A DNA stretch of 64,000 nt from positions 41,022 to 105,021 of the forward strand of contig MHKD01000042.1 of NCBI GenBank assembly GCA_001818775.1, written 5' to 3'. Shown here piece after piece: positions 44,657 to 55,082 of this stretch. Below the pieces are notes generated by a model. That model had not been told where the DNA came from. It saw nothing but the letters and a program-made list of their open reading frames with translations, and made no database searches. Position numbers and translations under genes: made by a program. This stretch comes from Candidatus Kerfeldbacteria bacterium RIFCSPHIGHO2_12_FULL_48_17. GTDB taxonomy: Bacteria > Patescibacteriota > Patescibacteriia > HO2-48-17. Position 1 is the stretch's first letter. Every line of letters starts with the position of its first letter.

Positions 44657-45328
44657 CTATTTTTTATGAAGAGTAAAGAAAAAATAGATGAGAACAAACA
44701 GCAGGGCGAGCGCGCCCAAGAGAGCGATGATTTGATACGGGGCTAAGAACAGGTAGTCTCCCAGAAAACTCAAAAGTAACGTATGCGGTATAAAACCTAT
44801 AGCCACTATAGCGGCGAACCGCCGAAAGGACAAGCGCGTCAGGCCGAGAAGAAAACTCAAAATATCCACCGGGAAAATCGGGAAAATATAAAAGACAATG
44901 AGATGCTTGTCAAAACGATGGAGGTAATCCGTCGCTTTTTTAATCTGCTTTTCATGGAAGAGCTTCTCGACCAGGGGCTGTCCGAAAACATCCGCCAAAA
45001 GAAAAGCCAGGCAAGAGCCAACCACGCTACCTATATAGGCATACAGCGAACCCAGCCAGGGCCCAAAGAGAAAACCGGAAACAACTGAAATAATCCCCCC
45101 AGGTATAGGCGCGACAACCACCTCTCCGACAATAATAACGATAATAAGCAATGGCCCCCATGGTCCGGCGTAAGTAATAAAATCCCGCAAGAGCACTTTA
45201 TCAGTGAGGATATCTTTATATGCCCACAGGAAAAAAAACAGGGTCGCGACAACAGCAATCAAAATAAAAGCTCCCGCCAGACGTTTCGTGGGAAAAGGGT
45301 GAAGGTTAGGATGTGGATTTGGTTCCAT
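44657..45328 (-). CDS. DedA/TVP38-family membrane protein
   Basis: GEVVVAPIPGGI...FRRFAAIVAIGFIPHTLL, the characteristic DedA re-entrant motifs. Confidence 0.75.
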   Translation of the reverse strand: MEPNPHPNLHPFPTKRLAGAFILIAVVATLFFFLWAYKDILTDKVLLRDFITYAGPWGPLLIIVIIVGEVVVAPIPGGIISVVSGFLFGPWLGSLYAYIGSVVGSCLAFLLADVFGQPLVEKLFHEKQIKKATDYLHRFDKHLIVFYIFPIFPVDILSFLLGLTRLSFRRFAAIVAIGFIPHTLLLSFLGDYLFLAPYQIIALLGALALLFVLIYFFFTLHKK

Positions 45329-46835
45329 GTGTTTGTCTTTCTTTTTTATTATAAACCTCAATGACCGCAAGAGAAAAGAGGATCCAACCAATGCCCAAAG
45401 GGTGATTCAGAAACGGCGTCGTGGTATGAATGAGGAGCACGCTCACAAAACCGAGCATAATGCCCACGACAATCTTGTTACCGTCATCATGCGGTTGCCG
45501 GAAAAAAGGCCAGGCAGCAACCAATATCCGACCCAAAAAATACAGATAGGCAATAAGACCAAAAATACCTAACTTTAGCCATAAATCAAGATATCCCCAT
45601 TCAAAAGAAAACGTGGTATAGAGGCCATCCGGATTATTTGCGAGTGCCCTGGGATCATGTGTCTTATACGTCACCGTCGTCCCAAAACCCGAACCAAGAA
45701 TAGCGTGGCGCGTAGCGGCAGTAAGCAAGGGCCCAAGGAGTTGAAAACGGCTGGCACCCGCCGCCTCGGTGGTAACATCTTCAGTGCGATCCGTGATCAG
45801 TCCGCGAGCGGAAACATTGACACTGCGCATGGGCAGGGGAAAATTCACCAGTCCGAGAACGAATCCAAAATCAAACAAAGCAACAAGCGCCAGGGTGGCG
45901 GTAATCAGACCGATCTTTTTCCAGGAAAATTTCCATACAAAAACAAATAATCCGTAAAGAAATACGATGGTTATCACCGCTCCGACCCAAAAACTGCGTG
46001 AATAGCTGACAAAAACAACGAGCAGAGCAAACGCCCCCCTCACAAACACCGACCACCAGGAATGCCCATTCTCACGCTTTACGTAAGGCGTGAAAAGCAG
46101 AAACGTAAACAGCAGCAGCCCGAAAAAAATCGCATAAATATGACTCTGAAAAAAAACCCGCGTGAAATTTTCAAGCTGGGTAATCTCACCCACCCCGGTG
46201 CGGCGGACCCAGGTATACACATCAGGCAAAACGACGGTAAACTGCTGTGAAAAAATAAACAGCAAAAAAAGTGTCTTCATGATGGAGACCGAGACCGCGG
46301 CCACGATCACCTGCAAAACCGCAACAACATCTTTTTTACTGCGGATAGCATCAACGAACGGCGCGGCCAGGGCGAAAAAAAGATACCCATTCATGTCAAA
46401 AAAAATATTACCGAGCGGGTTGCCGTGAAAATACGCCAACACGACCGACAGAATCATAAAAAAAACAACCACACAATAGGGAATAAAAAAAGTGCTCGGA
46501 TAAAAACGGGCGGACCTCGATCGGATAACGTGCAACACCCAGGCCAGCATGACGACCAAAAAAATACCAAGCCTCAATGAAAGGTCAAAACGCCCCAAGG
46601 GAAGAGAGAAAAGATACCCCTTGGACGCTACGGCCAGTTCGGCCAGCACTATCATGGCTCCATAGAGTAAACGCCTATACGACAACAAAAAGGTGACGCC
46701 GATAATCACCAAAAAGGCAAAAATATTCAGCGCCGGGTACAGAAAACCAAAAAATGACAAGAACTCAACAACGCAAACACCAAGAAAAGCTATGCGGAAA
46801 TATTTCCCGAAAAATATGCTGGGAGAAAAATTCAT
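45306..46835 (-). CDS. O-antigen ligase / Wzy-like polysaccharide polymerase family membrane protein (12+ TM)
   Basis: Polytopic, with a large periplasmic loop near the C-terminus (GSGFGTTVTY...). 4-nt overlap with the upstream GT2. Confidence 0.55.
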   Translation of the reverse strand: MNFSPSIFFGKYFRIAFLGVCVVEFLSFFGFLYPALNIFAFLVIIGVTFLLSYRRLLYGAMIVLAELAVASKGYLFSLPLGRFDLSLRLGIFLVVMLAWVLHVIRSRSARFYPSTFFIPYCVVVFFMILSVVLAYFHGNPLGNIFFDMNGYLFFALAAPFVDAIRSKKDVVAVLQVIVAAVSVSIMKTLFLLFIFSQQFTVVLPDVYTWVRRTGVGEITQLENFTRVFFQSHIYAIFFGLLLFTFLLFTPYVKRENGHSWWSVFVRGAFALLVVFVSYSRSFWVGAVITIVFLYGLFVFVWKFSWKKIGLITATLALVALFDFGFVLGLVNFPLPMRSVNVSARGLITDRTEDVTTEAAGASRFQLLGPLLTAATRHAILGSGFGTTVTYKTHDPRALANNPDGLYTTFSFEWGYLDLWLKLGIFGLIAYLYFLGRILVAAWPFFRQPHDDGNKIVVGIMLGFVSVLLIHTTTPFLNHPLGIGWILFSLAVIEVYNKKERQTHGTKSTS

Positions 46836-47734
46836 ACCTTCGATTGCGAACGGGGTTTAATATGGAGCCAGGCAACGACATGACTCAAAAGCATGCTGAT
46901 GGGATGCAGCAGCGCAATAACGAAGGCGGCTGGGCGGCCCCAGTGCTTGCGGGCATACACCTTAAGGCTCGTGTTAAAAACCTTTTGCTTTTTCGGTGAA
47001 ACCATCTGACCAAAACTCTTACCTTCTTCATGCAGCAAAGTCGTCGCAGGCGTGTACCAAATGGCGTAACCCGCTTCTTTCATACGCTTACAAATATCCA
47101 CATCTTCAAACCACAGCCAAAAATCTTCATCAAAACCGTGCAACGTGTCGCGCAACACGTCACCACGCGCAAATATGGCGGCTCCCATAAGCTGATCAGT
47201 TGGCTGTTCCTTGGTATAGTCAAAATCCTTCGCCAGATAGTGGCGAACCGAACCGATTCCGGAAAAAATATGATGGAGCTTGAGCAGAATAACCACCTGC
47301 GAAGAAAGCGTTGGAAAATTCTTCACCGAAGGCTGAATTTTCTTGTTGGCGTAGACCAAACGCGGTCCAATAAAACCAACTTTCGCGTGTTCCGGTTTTT
47401 CCATCCAATCGTACAAGACCTGTAAAGTGTCTTCAATGAATTGCGTATCCGGATTGAGGATAAAAACATACTTGCCGCGGCTCTTGCGAATACCGATATT
47501 TTGCCCGCGGCCAAAACCCAGATTATCTTTACGGGCAATCAAATCCACCTGCGGAAACTCCTTCTGAATCATTTCGACACTGCCATCCTGTGAGTCATTA
47601 TCAACAACAATAACTTCAAGCGCCAGGCGCTTGGTTTGTTCATACAGGGAAACAAGACAGCGCCTGAGAAAATCCTTCACCTTCCAATTCACGATCACCA
47701 CCGTGACATCAATGGGTTTGTTGCTCTCGGACAT
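46832..47734 (-). CDS. Family-2 glycosyltransferase
   Basis: IDVTVVIVNWKVKDFLRRCLVSLYEQT...VVDNDSQDGSVEMI. Confidence 0.85.
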   Translation of the reverse strand: MSESNKPIDVTVVIVNWKVKDFLRRCLVSLYEQTKRLALEVIVVDNDSQDGSVEMIQKEFPQVDLIARKDNLGFGRGQNIGIRKSRGKYVFILNPDTQFIEDTLQVLYDWMEKPEHAKVGFIGPRLVYANKKIQPSVKNFPTLSSQVVILLKLHHIFSGIGSVRHYLAKDFDYTKEQPTDQLMGAAIFARGDVLRDTLHGFDEDFWLWFEDVDICKRMKEAGYAIWYTPATTLLHEEGKSFGQMVSPKKQKVFNTSLKVYARKHWGRPAAFVIALLHPISMLLSHVVAWLHIKPRSQSKV

Positions 47735-47736
47735 AA

Positions 47737-48348
47737 TTATTTGATTAACGAATACGTCTGCAAAATTTTATCGACATAACGCGCCATCATATCAACTTCA
47801 AAGTTCACTGTATCACCGGCCTTAAGTCCGCCTAAATTTGTAACCTCACGCGTATGCGATATAAGTCCCACGGCAAAACCGTCAGGCGTAGTCTCAACCA
47901 CCGTTAAACTGACACCATTCACGGCAATCGTGCCCTTGTACGCCAGAAATTTGTGAAAATCAGCCGGTATTTGAAAATATAAACGGAGATAATCACCATC
48001 AGCCCGAACTTCGCTCACCTGAGCCAGGCCGTCAACATGACCGAGTAAAAGATGGCCACCAATCGTGCCATTATAGAGTAGTGACTTTTCAATGTTACAA
48101 ACCGAGCCTTTCTTAAGGAAACCAAACGTTGTCAGCCGCAGTGTTTCCGGCATCGCTTCAACGGTGATGGAGTCAGCCGTTCTCTCGATCGCCGTAAAAC
48201 AGACACCATCCAAATTCACACTGTCGCCTATCTTGACATCAGAAAAATAATCCGGTTCGTTCACACGCACCTGAAAAAGTTTACCACCCGCCCGCGCCGG
48301 ACGCACGGCGGTTATTTCCCCCTGAGTTTGAATAATACCGGTATACAT
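47737..48348 (-). CDS. ribE: Riboflavin synthase alpha-subunit-like (tandem lumazine-binding domains)
   Basis: MYTGIIQTQGEITAVRP...GDSVNLDGVCFTAIE, repeated in the second half (GHLLLGHVDG...GDTVNFEVD). This is the two-barrel architecture of riboflavin synthase. Confidence 0.75.
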   Translation of the reverse strand: MYTGIIQTQGEITAVRPARAGGKLFQVRVNEPDYFSDVKIGDSVNLDGVCFTAIERTADSITVEAMPETLRLTTFGFLKKGSVCNIEKSLLYNGTIGGHLLLGHVDGLAQVSEVRADGDYLRLYFQIPADFHKFLAYKGTIAVNGVSLTVVETTPDGFAVGLISHTREVTNLGGLKAGDTVNFEVDMMARYVDKILQTYSLIK

Positions 48349-48369
48349 ACGTATTATTTGACTGTTCCT

Positions 48370-49365
48370 TTAGACTGTTCCTGTCTTCGTTACCGCAAAA
48401 ATGTCACGAATAACTTCCTCAACACTGACTTCATCAATGAAAATATCATCAACCGGAAGTTCCTCGAGAATATGCGCCGCTATTTTTTTATACTGGGCCT
48501 TGGCGACATGCAAAACAGCCCGCTTTGGCGCAAATTCACTCACTTTACCGTATTTTTTGAGATCATTACGCTTCATCTCCTGCGTAAAGGTAATCTTCAA
48601 CAACTTATAATCAGCATGCTTATCAATCAACTCCTGCAAACTGCCGTCATAAACAATCCGGCCCAGGTTCACGATGATAACGCGTTTACACAGCTCCATA
48701 ATGTCGTCCATGTAGTGGGACGTCAGCAAAATCGTGGTCTTTTTTTGTTCATTATATTTTTTCAGGAAAGTGCGGATATTTTGCTGAGAAGTAACATCAA
48801 GACCGATCGTCGGTTCATCGAGGAAGAGCACTTTAGGTTGATGCAACAGTGCAGCCGCGAGTTCACACTTCATACGCTGACCAAGGGAAAGTTTCCGCAC
48901 CGGAATCGTCAGAATATCCTGAATTTCCAGGAGTTCGGACAGTTCCTTGAGTGAGGCACGAAAAACTTTTTCGGGAATTTCGTAAATGGTTTGATTCAGC
49001 AGGAAGGTTTCCATCGCCGGTAAATCCCACCACAGCTGATTTTTCTGACCCATGACCAGACTGAACTGCTTTTGGAATTCCGGCTTGCGGTCCCAGGGCG
49101 TAAAACCCAAAACATTCACCTTACCGGACGTTGGGTACAAAATACCGGAAAGCATTTTAAGGGTCGTGGTTTTGCCGGCACCATTGGGACCAAGAAAACC
49201 CACAAATTCACCCTGTTCAATCGAAAAATTTACTTCCTTTACCGCTTCTGTCAGCAATTTTTCTCGGTGAAAAAGACTTTTGAGCGAACCCAAAAGGCCA
49301 GGCGGCTTTTTGTAATAGGTGTAGGTTTTGCGTAAATTTTGGATGTCGATAATGGGTTGTTTCAT
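48370..49365 (-). CDS. ABC transporter ATP-binding protein (ABC-2 type, with a C-terminal extension)
   Basis: Walker A GPNGAGKTT, signature LSLGQRMKCELAAAL, Walker B LFLDEPTIGLD. Confidence 0.9.
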   Translation of the reverse strand: MKQPIIDIQNLRKTYTYYKKPPGLLGSLKSLFHREKLLTEAVKEVNFSIEQGEFVGFLGPNGAGKTTTLKMLSGILYPTSGKVNVLGFTPWDRKPEFQKQFSLVMGQKNQLWWDLPAMETFLLNQTIYEIPEKVFRASLKELSELLEIQDILTIPVRKLSLGQRMKCELAAALLHQPKVLFLDEPTIGLDVTSQQNIRTFLKKYNEQKKTTILLTSHYMDDIMELCKRVIIVNLGRIVYDGSLQELIDKHADYKLLKITFTQEMKRNDLKKYGKVSEFAPKRAVLHVAKAQYKKIAAHILEELPVDDIFIDEVSVEEVIRDIFAVTKTGTV

Positions 49366-49425
49366 AAAAATACTATACCAAGTTTTTTGCTAATTGTAAA
49401 GTAAATACGCCGATGAGGGCGGACA

Positions 49426-50235
49426 CTAACTGCTGGCGCTGGAATAACTTTTAAGCGCGCGGTTCCACAGGAAGCGGGCGGAAAGAAAGAATACCGCGGC
49501 TGTTAAAAACCCAAACACCACATACCACCAATCAACCTTGCCGAGAAAAATTTCAGCCGGAACAGCTCCCATGAAAACAACGGGTAAAATCGTTGCTGCC
49601 AAAAATCGGAAGAGCTTTCCCTGAAAAATCTGGCGCGGATAACGGCCAAAATTACTGATGTCCTGAACAAATATACTGATTGACCAGGTATTGATCGTCT
49701 TAAAATTAATGGTTCGTAATATAACCAAAAAACTCAGCAGAATAACGACGCCAAAGAAAAGAAAAAGAATGTATAAAATAATAATCCAGACCGGCGGAAA
49801 AGAATACAGAAAAACATAACGCCCCAGGAGAAAAAGTGCCAGTGAAAAATCAACAACCGTTTCCGGCTGTATTTCACTGAACCCGATCAGGGCCAGCGGA
49901 TGCATCGGCCGAACCAACATTCGGTCAAAAGAACCAATGCGAAGCATATAATCAAAGCGCCACATACCGCTCATAAGGAAAAGCCAGGAAATACTCTGTA
50001 TAATAAAATAGGAAGCGAGAATAACCAGCGCCTCATCATGACTCCAACCGGCAACGGCGGGTATATTGGCATACAAAAATTCAATAAACAGCAACGAAGA
50101 AACGGCGCTCAACACATTAATACTGAACTCAGCAAAAAAACTGGCACGGTAGGCCAAACGTACCTGTAAAGCCAGGCGCAAATAGCGCCAGAAAACAACA
50201 AAGTATCTTTGGATTGAATAAAAAATATTGCTCAT
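49426..50235 (-). CDS. ABC-2 family transporter permease (paralogue pair A, copy 1)
   Basis: Six-TM ABC-2 topology. Similar to 51068-51883. Start set so that it does not overlap the upstream gene. Confidence 0.6.
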   Translation of the reverse strand: MSNIFYSIQRYFVVFWRYLRLALQVRLAYRASFFAEFSINVLSAVSSLLFIEFLYANIPAVAGWSHDEALVILASYFIIQSISWLFLMSGMWRFDYMLRIGSFDRMLVRPMHPLALIGFSEIQPETVVDFSLALFLLGRYVFLYSFPPVWIIILYILFLFFGVVILLSFLVILRTINFKTINTWSISIFVQDISNFGRYPRQIFQGKLFRFLAATILPVVFMGAVPAEIFLGKVDWWYVVFGFLTAAVFFLSARFLWNRALKSYSSASS

Positions 50236-50236
50236 A

Positions 50237-51019
50237 CTAACCACCATACGCTTCATAACGTCGCAACCCATAATACCAGATAGATTGGCCGGCTGCAGCA
50301 AAAAATACTGTCCAGGCTATCAGCATCAGGGCAAAAAATCCGGCGTGCGAAAAATCACCCGCCAACATCCGAGCTGGAACATAATAAAAATACTGAAACG
50401 GCAAAAAAGCATTGATCTTGATCAGCCACTGCGGAAAGGCATCAACCGGTAAAATCCTGCCGCCCAGGAAACCGGCAATAAAAATCCAGGACAGAATAAA
50501 ACCCCAGGCACTGTCGGTGAAAAACGCAATCGTACCCAGAAAAAAATAAACAACGAACATCAAAAAAAACATTCCCACGACAAAAACCAGATACATCAAA
50601 AAAGCTTCGAGGAGTAGATAATGACCGAATATAAGGACGCAAAAACCAATAACATAGAGTGGGATAATAAAAATACCGTTGCCGGTGCGATGGCCAAGGT
50701 TAATGCAAAACCAGTACCAAAATCCGCGCAAAGGTTTCAGAATAAAATTGAGAACATTCCCCTGCCGTATATCATCGGACAAAATCCAGGCTACGGCATC
50801 ACTCGCCGACAAAGAAATAAAAGAAACACCAAAATAGTACAAGAGAATATCGCGAAATTCAAAACCAGCCAGGCTGTTGCCTTCGGAATAAATCGTCGAC
50901 CACAACAAAACAAAAACACCCAGCATCAGGAATTCCTTGAAAATGAGAAAAACCAGATTAAAACGGTAGGCCAGGGCGTCCTGGAACGATAAAAAAACGG
51001 TTTTAAGATATTTGTGCAT
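50237..51019 (-). CDS. ABC-2 family transporter permease (paralogue pair B, copy 1)
   Basis: Polytopic. N-terminal FQDALAYRFNLVF block is similar to WQQYLAYRLNLFL of 51885-52694. Confidence 0.6.
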   Translation of the reverse strand: MHKYLKTVFLSFQDALAYRFNLVFLIFKEFLMLGVFVLLWSTIYSEGNSLAGFEFRDILLYYFGVSFISLSASDAVAWILSDDIRQGNVLNFILKPLRGFWYWFCINLGHRTGNGIFIIPLYVIGFCVLIFGHYLLLEAFLMYLVFVVGMFFLMFVVYFFLGTIAFFTDSAWGFILSWIFIAGFLGGRILPVDAFPQWLIKINAFLPFQYFYYVPARMLAGDFSHAGFFALMLIAWTVFFAAAGQSIWYYGLRRYEAYGG

Positions 51020-51067
51020 AAGTTTACATATCTTAGCACAAAAATAAACCGAAGTAAAACCGAAAAC

Positions 51068-51883
51068 CTAATTACTGGCGCTGGAATAGTGTTTGATGGC
51101 AAATTTCCAAAACAAGAGCGACCCGAAAAAAACCGCACAGGCAATGACAAAGGCAAAAATAAGGTACCAGGGATCGGAACGGTGGAGTAAAATTTCTGCC
51201 GGCAGGGTGGCAAAAAGACTGACCGGCAGGATGAAAAGCAAAACCGTGCGAACGTGGCCGGTAAATGCAGAAACAGGATATTTCGCTGCCATAAAAACGC
51301 GCTCCATTAAACGCCCAACACCCTGCGGATTGACCGTCCAGAAAGCGACGCCGGCTAGAAATATCATCAAGCCGAAGTAAAACATAACCCCCAGGAAAAG
51401 AAACAGCAAAAAAAGTGTAAAATCAAAGGCCGTGAACACGAACCCACCCTGGGTAAAAACATACCACCAGAGAAAAATAACCGGCGGCAAGCTGGTCACA
51501 TCAAACCAGTCAATAATACGGAAAGAGACAAAAAACAAGGGGCTTATCGGCCTGATGAGAGTGAGATCAAATTCCCCACGCAGCAAAAGATCAGGAAACC
51601 AGTACGCCAAATTTCTGTGAAAGGTAATAATCACAATCACCTCAAAGGTGAGATAGATTGTTGTCAAAAGCAAGATCTCGTTGAAATCCCAACCGGCGAA
51701 TGATTTGACATGAAAAAAAATCGCCTGAAAAAAGACAACAACAAGAATGGCGCGCAGCATCTTGGCAAAAACGCCAATAAAAAAAGTGCCACGTGAGGAT
51801 ATATTCACCATAAGACTCACTTTTGCCATAACTTGAAAGACGTGGAGATACTTGAAAAATTTTCGAAAAAATTTCATAAGCAT
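51068..51883 (-). CDS. ABC-2 family transporter permease (paralogue pair A, copy 2)
   Basis: Similar to 49426-50235 (FAGWDFNEILLLTTIYLTFE vs VAGWSHDEALVILASYFIIQ). Confidence 0.6.
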   Translation of the reverse strand: MLMKFFRKFFKYLHVFQVMAKVSLMVNISSRGTFFIGVFAKMLRAILVVVFFQAIFFHVKSFAGWDFNEILLLTTIYLTFEVIVIITFHRNLAYWFPDLLLRGEFDLTLIRPISPLFFVSFRIIDWFDVTSLPPVIFLWWYVFTQGGFVFTAFDFTLFLLFLFLGVMFYFGLMIFLAGVAFWTVNPQGVGRLMERVFMAAKYPVSAFTGHVRTVLLFILPVSLFATLPAEILLHRSDPWYLIFAFVIACAVFFGSLLFWKFAIKHYSSASN

Positions 51884-51884
51884 A

Positions 51885-52694
51885 TTATATACCCGAAGCC
51901 GAATAAACTTTCATCCCCCGCCGCCAGAGCACGACGGACACGGAAAAAATAATCAGCAGCCAGGCAACAGCCGTCAGGAATTCAATAGCAATTTCTGTAG
52001 CGGAAAAATTACCCAGATACAACTGCATCGGAACATACGCAAAAAACTTAAACGGCAGAAGATTGAGAAACTGCAACCAACCCGCCGGAAACAGACTCAG
52101 GGGTAAAAGTATACCCGAAGCCAACTCCATGATAACACGCAGCAGCGTGCGCGGACCCCAGGTCTGATCAAACCAAAACGCCATGATACTGAAAATATAG
52201 AACAAACCAAAGTGTATCAGCGCGGCCAGCAGCGTGAAAAAAAGGAGCAGGAAAGCCGCAAAAACAGAAACCGGTGGAACCAGGCGACCTGCAAAAAACC
52301 AAAAAATAACAGCGTAGGCAAACAAGCCGATAAAAAAAGTAAAATATTTCCGGCACATATCCTTGGCCAACCACATAAGGTTCGGACTGACGGGTTTGGC
52401 AAGCCAGGCCGAGAGACCACCCTTGTTGATATCATCACTAATATCATCCCCCTGACGGTGGAGTAATAAAAAAGAAGAAATCACGCCGCCACCGAGAACA
52501 TAGGTTATCATCTCCGGCTGCGAAAATCCGGCAATAACCTGCGCTGAACCAAAACGAAACAACAATGTCCAGACAGCAACCGTAATAAGCGTCTGAAAAA
52601 TTCCGCCAAAGACTTCCAGAAACAAATTTAAACGGTACGCCAAATACTGCTGCCAGGTGAGTTTAAAAATCGAAACATATTTCCGCAGTTGCAT
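51885..52694 (-). CDS. ABC-2 family transporter permease (paralogue pair B, copy 2)
   Basis: Similar to 50237-51019. Confidence 0.6.
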   Translation of the reverse strand: MQLRKYVSIFKLTWQQYLAYRLNLFLEVFGGIFQTLITVAVWTLLFRFGSAQVIAGFSQPEMITYVLGGGVISSFLLLHRQGDDISDDINKGGLSAWLAKPVSPNLMWLAKDMCRKYFTFFIGLFAYAVIFWFFAGRLVPPVSVFAAFLLLFFTLLAALIHFGLFYIFSIMAFWFDQTWGPRTLLRVIMELASGILLPLSLFPAGWLQFLNLLPFKFFAYVPMQLYLGNFSATEIAIEFLTAVAWLLIIFSVSVVLWRRGMKVYSASGI

Positions 52695-52704
52695 GTCCGC
52701 TGCC

Positions 52705-53940
52705 TCAAGCCAATAAAATATCAAGCATAGCGTGAACGCGACGTGTCCACGTATGCGGCGCCACAGCCTGCTGACGGGCTCCGCCTTGCGCTTCTGAATT
52801 CATTTCCAGGACGCGCTTGATATGAAAAGAAAACTCCTCAGCAGTCAACGCAACCTGTATGTATTCAGGAAACAAATCAACGCCGGCAACAGGAGTACTA
52901 ACGACCGGCTTTCCGCAGGCCAGATATTCGTAAATTTTCATCGGGTTCATCGTTTTTGTGAAGGCATCAACCCGATGCGGCAGTATGCCGACATCAAAGT
53001 GCTGTATATATGCCGGCAACTCAGCGTACGTCTTCTGCCCGAGGAACCGAACGTTGGGGTATTTCTGTAATTTGGCCGCACCGGCGCCGGGCCATACCAA
53101 ACCGACAAACACAAATGCCCACTCGGGATGCGCCGCGACAACGTCCTCAAGTAATTCAACATCAAGCCGGCTCTGAATGATACCGTGATACCCGATAATC
53201 GGCTGCATAATATCAGAAAACTCCGCCGGCCGCGGTCTCTGCGCAGCATAATGATCGCTGTCAACCCCATTGGAAATCCAGTGCACCGAAGCATGACCGG
53301 GAAATAAACTGTGGAGATCTTTAGCTACCGTGAAAATAGCCCGCGCATGAGTCGCAATGGTTCGATAATTTTGCCTAATACGATCGCGAATCACCACATA
53401 CTCAGGATGATGCGACCAATCATCAACCGCATCAAATACGGCCACGTCATGGGGAATGGAACGGAAACAGTCGACTTCAAGCGGATTATATGACCACAAA
53501 ACCACGTTGTGAAACTGAAGCTTCTTCATGATTTCCGGCACATGATCCAGGGTAAGCCCGGAAAAAGTATACACCTTTGACGATACGCTCTGACGCGTAA
53601 CCTTATACGTCAAGCCGCGGACAGCAACATTCCTGCCGCCCTGCCACAGCCCCGCCAGTATATATTCTTTCAGCTTCCGCTTCACCGTTTGCGGAACAAA
53701 ATCAACCGACAAAATCTGACGTACGCGTTTATCCTTACTCAGCGCTTCGAGTATAGCCAGATTACGGTTAAAAACGCCCGCATAAAATTTTTTTGCCAAT
53801 GCCGGCTGCCATCGCACGAAACGCCTCAGCCAACTAACCGAAGAACCATGCCATTCAAAATCAGCCGACATGTTCAGCATGACGATATCGATTGGTTCAT
53901 TCTTTCGCAAACTCATAGACGCTACCTTAATGGAGGTCAT
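52705..53940 (-). CDS. Glycosyltransferase, GT-B fold (GT1/GT4-like)
   Basis: C-terminal GT-B nucleotide-binding half (VVSTPVAGVDLFPEYI...). N-terminal half is divergent. Confidence 0.6.
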   Translation of the reverse strand: MTSIKVASMSLRKNEPIDIVMLNMSADFEWHGSSVSWLRRFVRWQPALAKKFYAGVFNRNLAILEALSKDKRVRQILSVDFVPQTVKRKLKEYILAGLWQGGRNVAVRGLTYKVTRQSVSSKVYTFSGLTLDHVPEIMKKLQFHNVVLWSYNPLEVDCFRSIPHDVAVFDAVDDWSHHPEYVVIRDRIRQNYRTIATHARAIFTVAKDLHSLFPGHASVHWISNGVDSDHYAAQRPRPAEFSDIMQPIIGYHGIIQSRLDVELLEDVVAAHPEWAFVFVGLVWPGAGAAKLQKYPNVRFLGQKTYAELPAYIQHFDVGILPHRVDAFTKTMNPMKIYEYLACGKPVVSTPVAGVDLFPEYIQVALTAEEFSFHIKRVLEMNSEAQGGARQQAVAPHTWTRRVHAMLDILLA

Positions 53941-53951
53941 AAAATAGGTTC

Positions 53952-55082
53952 TTAGCGCTGCCCTGACGCACCATCAACCAAACGTTCAAACTTCTGCGCC
54001 TGAATATTCCATAAAAAATCACGCTTCACGCGTGACCGCGCCTGTTCGCCCCATAATTTCCGCTGCTCCGGCCGCTGAATCAGCGTCTCAATCACATCAG
54101 CCAATTCACGGGCATCACCATCGCGAATAATATAGCCTGTCTGCTGATGGACGATGGCATCGGCCATACCCCCGCTGTCCGAAGCAATACTTGGTTTCCC
54201 GAACAACGCCGCTTCCAAAAACACTATGCCAAAACCCTCAACATCCACGCCCCCTTGGTCAGCGCGGGCAGGCATGACAAACACATCACACGCCCGGTAG
54301 GCAGCTGCCATGTCAGCATCAGAAAGTTGATACAAAAAAGTAACGCGCGATCGCAAACCCAGAGAAACAACCACCTTTTCCAGCAGGGTCTGTTCCGGAC
54401 CGGTACCGACGATGAAATAATGCCAGTTATGAATCCCCCGCCCCGCAATATCAGCAAGAGCTGAAAGCACCAAATCATGCCCCTTGCGCTCAACCAGCCG
54501 CCCCACCGTCAATAAAACGAAACAATCCTTCTCCAAACCAAACTCCTGCCGAAAATCACGCTGGCTCGGTAAAAGCTCCGTTACCCCCGGCGGCAGCAAA
54601 GAAATTTTTTCCGCGGATACGCCGCCCTGCACAAGCATACCACGGGTGAATTCACTCACCGAGGTGACAAACCGAGCGCGCCGGCAAATCTGCTGCATAA
54701 GCCAGCGTTTCCGCCACGAACGTTGCGGCAAAGTGACATCCATGCCGTGCGTCAGCACCGAATACGGCAGACGCCATATAAAAGATAAAAGCCAAACCAC
54801 GGTGCCGACCGGCAATACCTGCCCCACGGCAATATGCTTGCACTGATGCTTTCTGGCCGCGCGAAAAATGTGCCAAAAAAGGGGCAGCCACTGCGGCCAC
54901 CAACGCCACACAAGAGACCGGCGCACCACGGAAAACACGGCCTCGTCAACAAAACCATGGGCCCGTGGGGCTAAAACCACAATACTCCCAGCGGATAGAT
55001 GACGGCACAAATTATCATAATAACGGGCGACACCACCCCTTTGCGGGGGAAAATCAAGCGTGACGAGTAGCGTTTTCTTCAT
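53952..55082 (-). CDS. Family-4 glycosyltransferase
   Basis: EGFGIVFLEAALFGKPSIASDSGG (GT4 EX7E motif). Confidence 0.85.
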   Translation of the reverse strand: MKKTLLVTLDFPPQRGGVARYYDNLCRHLSAGSIVVLAPRAHGFVDEAVFSVVRRSLVWRWWPQWLPLFWHIFRAARKHQCKHIAVGQVLPVGTVVWLLSFIWRLPYSVLTHGMDVTLPQRSWRKRWLMQQICRRARFVTSVSEFTRGMLVQGGVSAEKISLLPPGVTELLPSQRDFRQEFGLEKDCFVLLTVGRLVERKGHDLVLSALADIAGRGIHNWHYFIVGTGPEQTLLEKVVVSLGLRSRVTFLYQLSDADMAAAYRACDVFVMPARADQGGVDVEGFGIVFLEAALFGKPSIASDSGGMADAIVHQQTGYIIRDGDARELADVIETLIQRPEQRKLWGEQARSRVKRDFLWNIQAQKFERLVDGASGQR

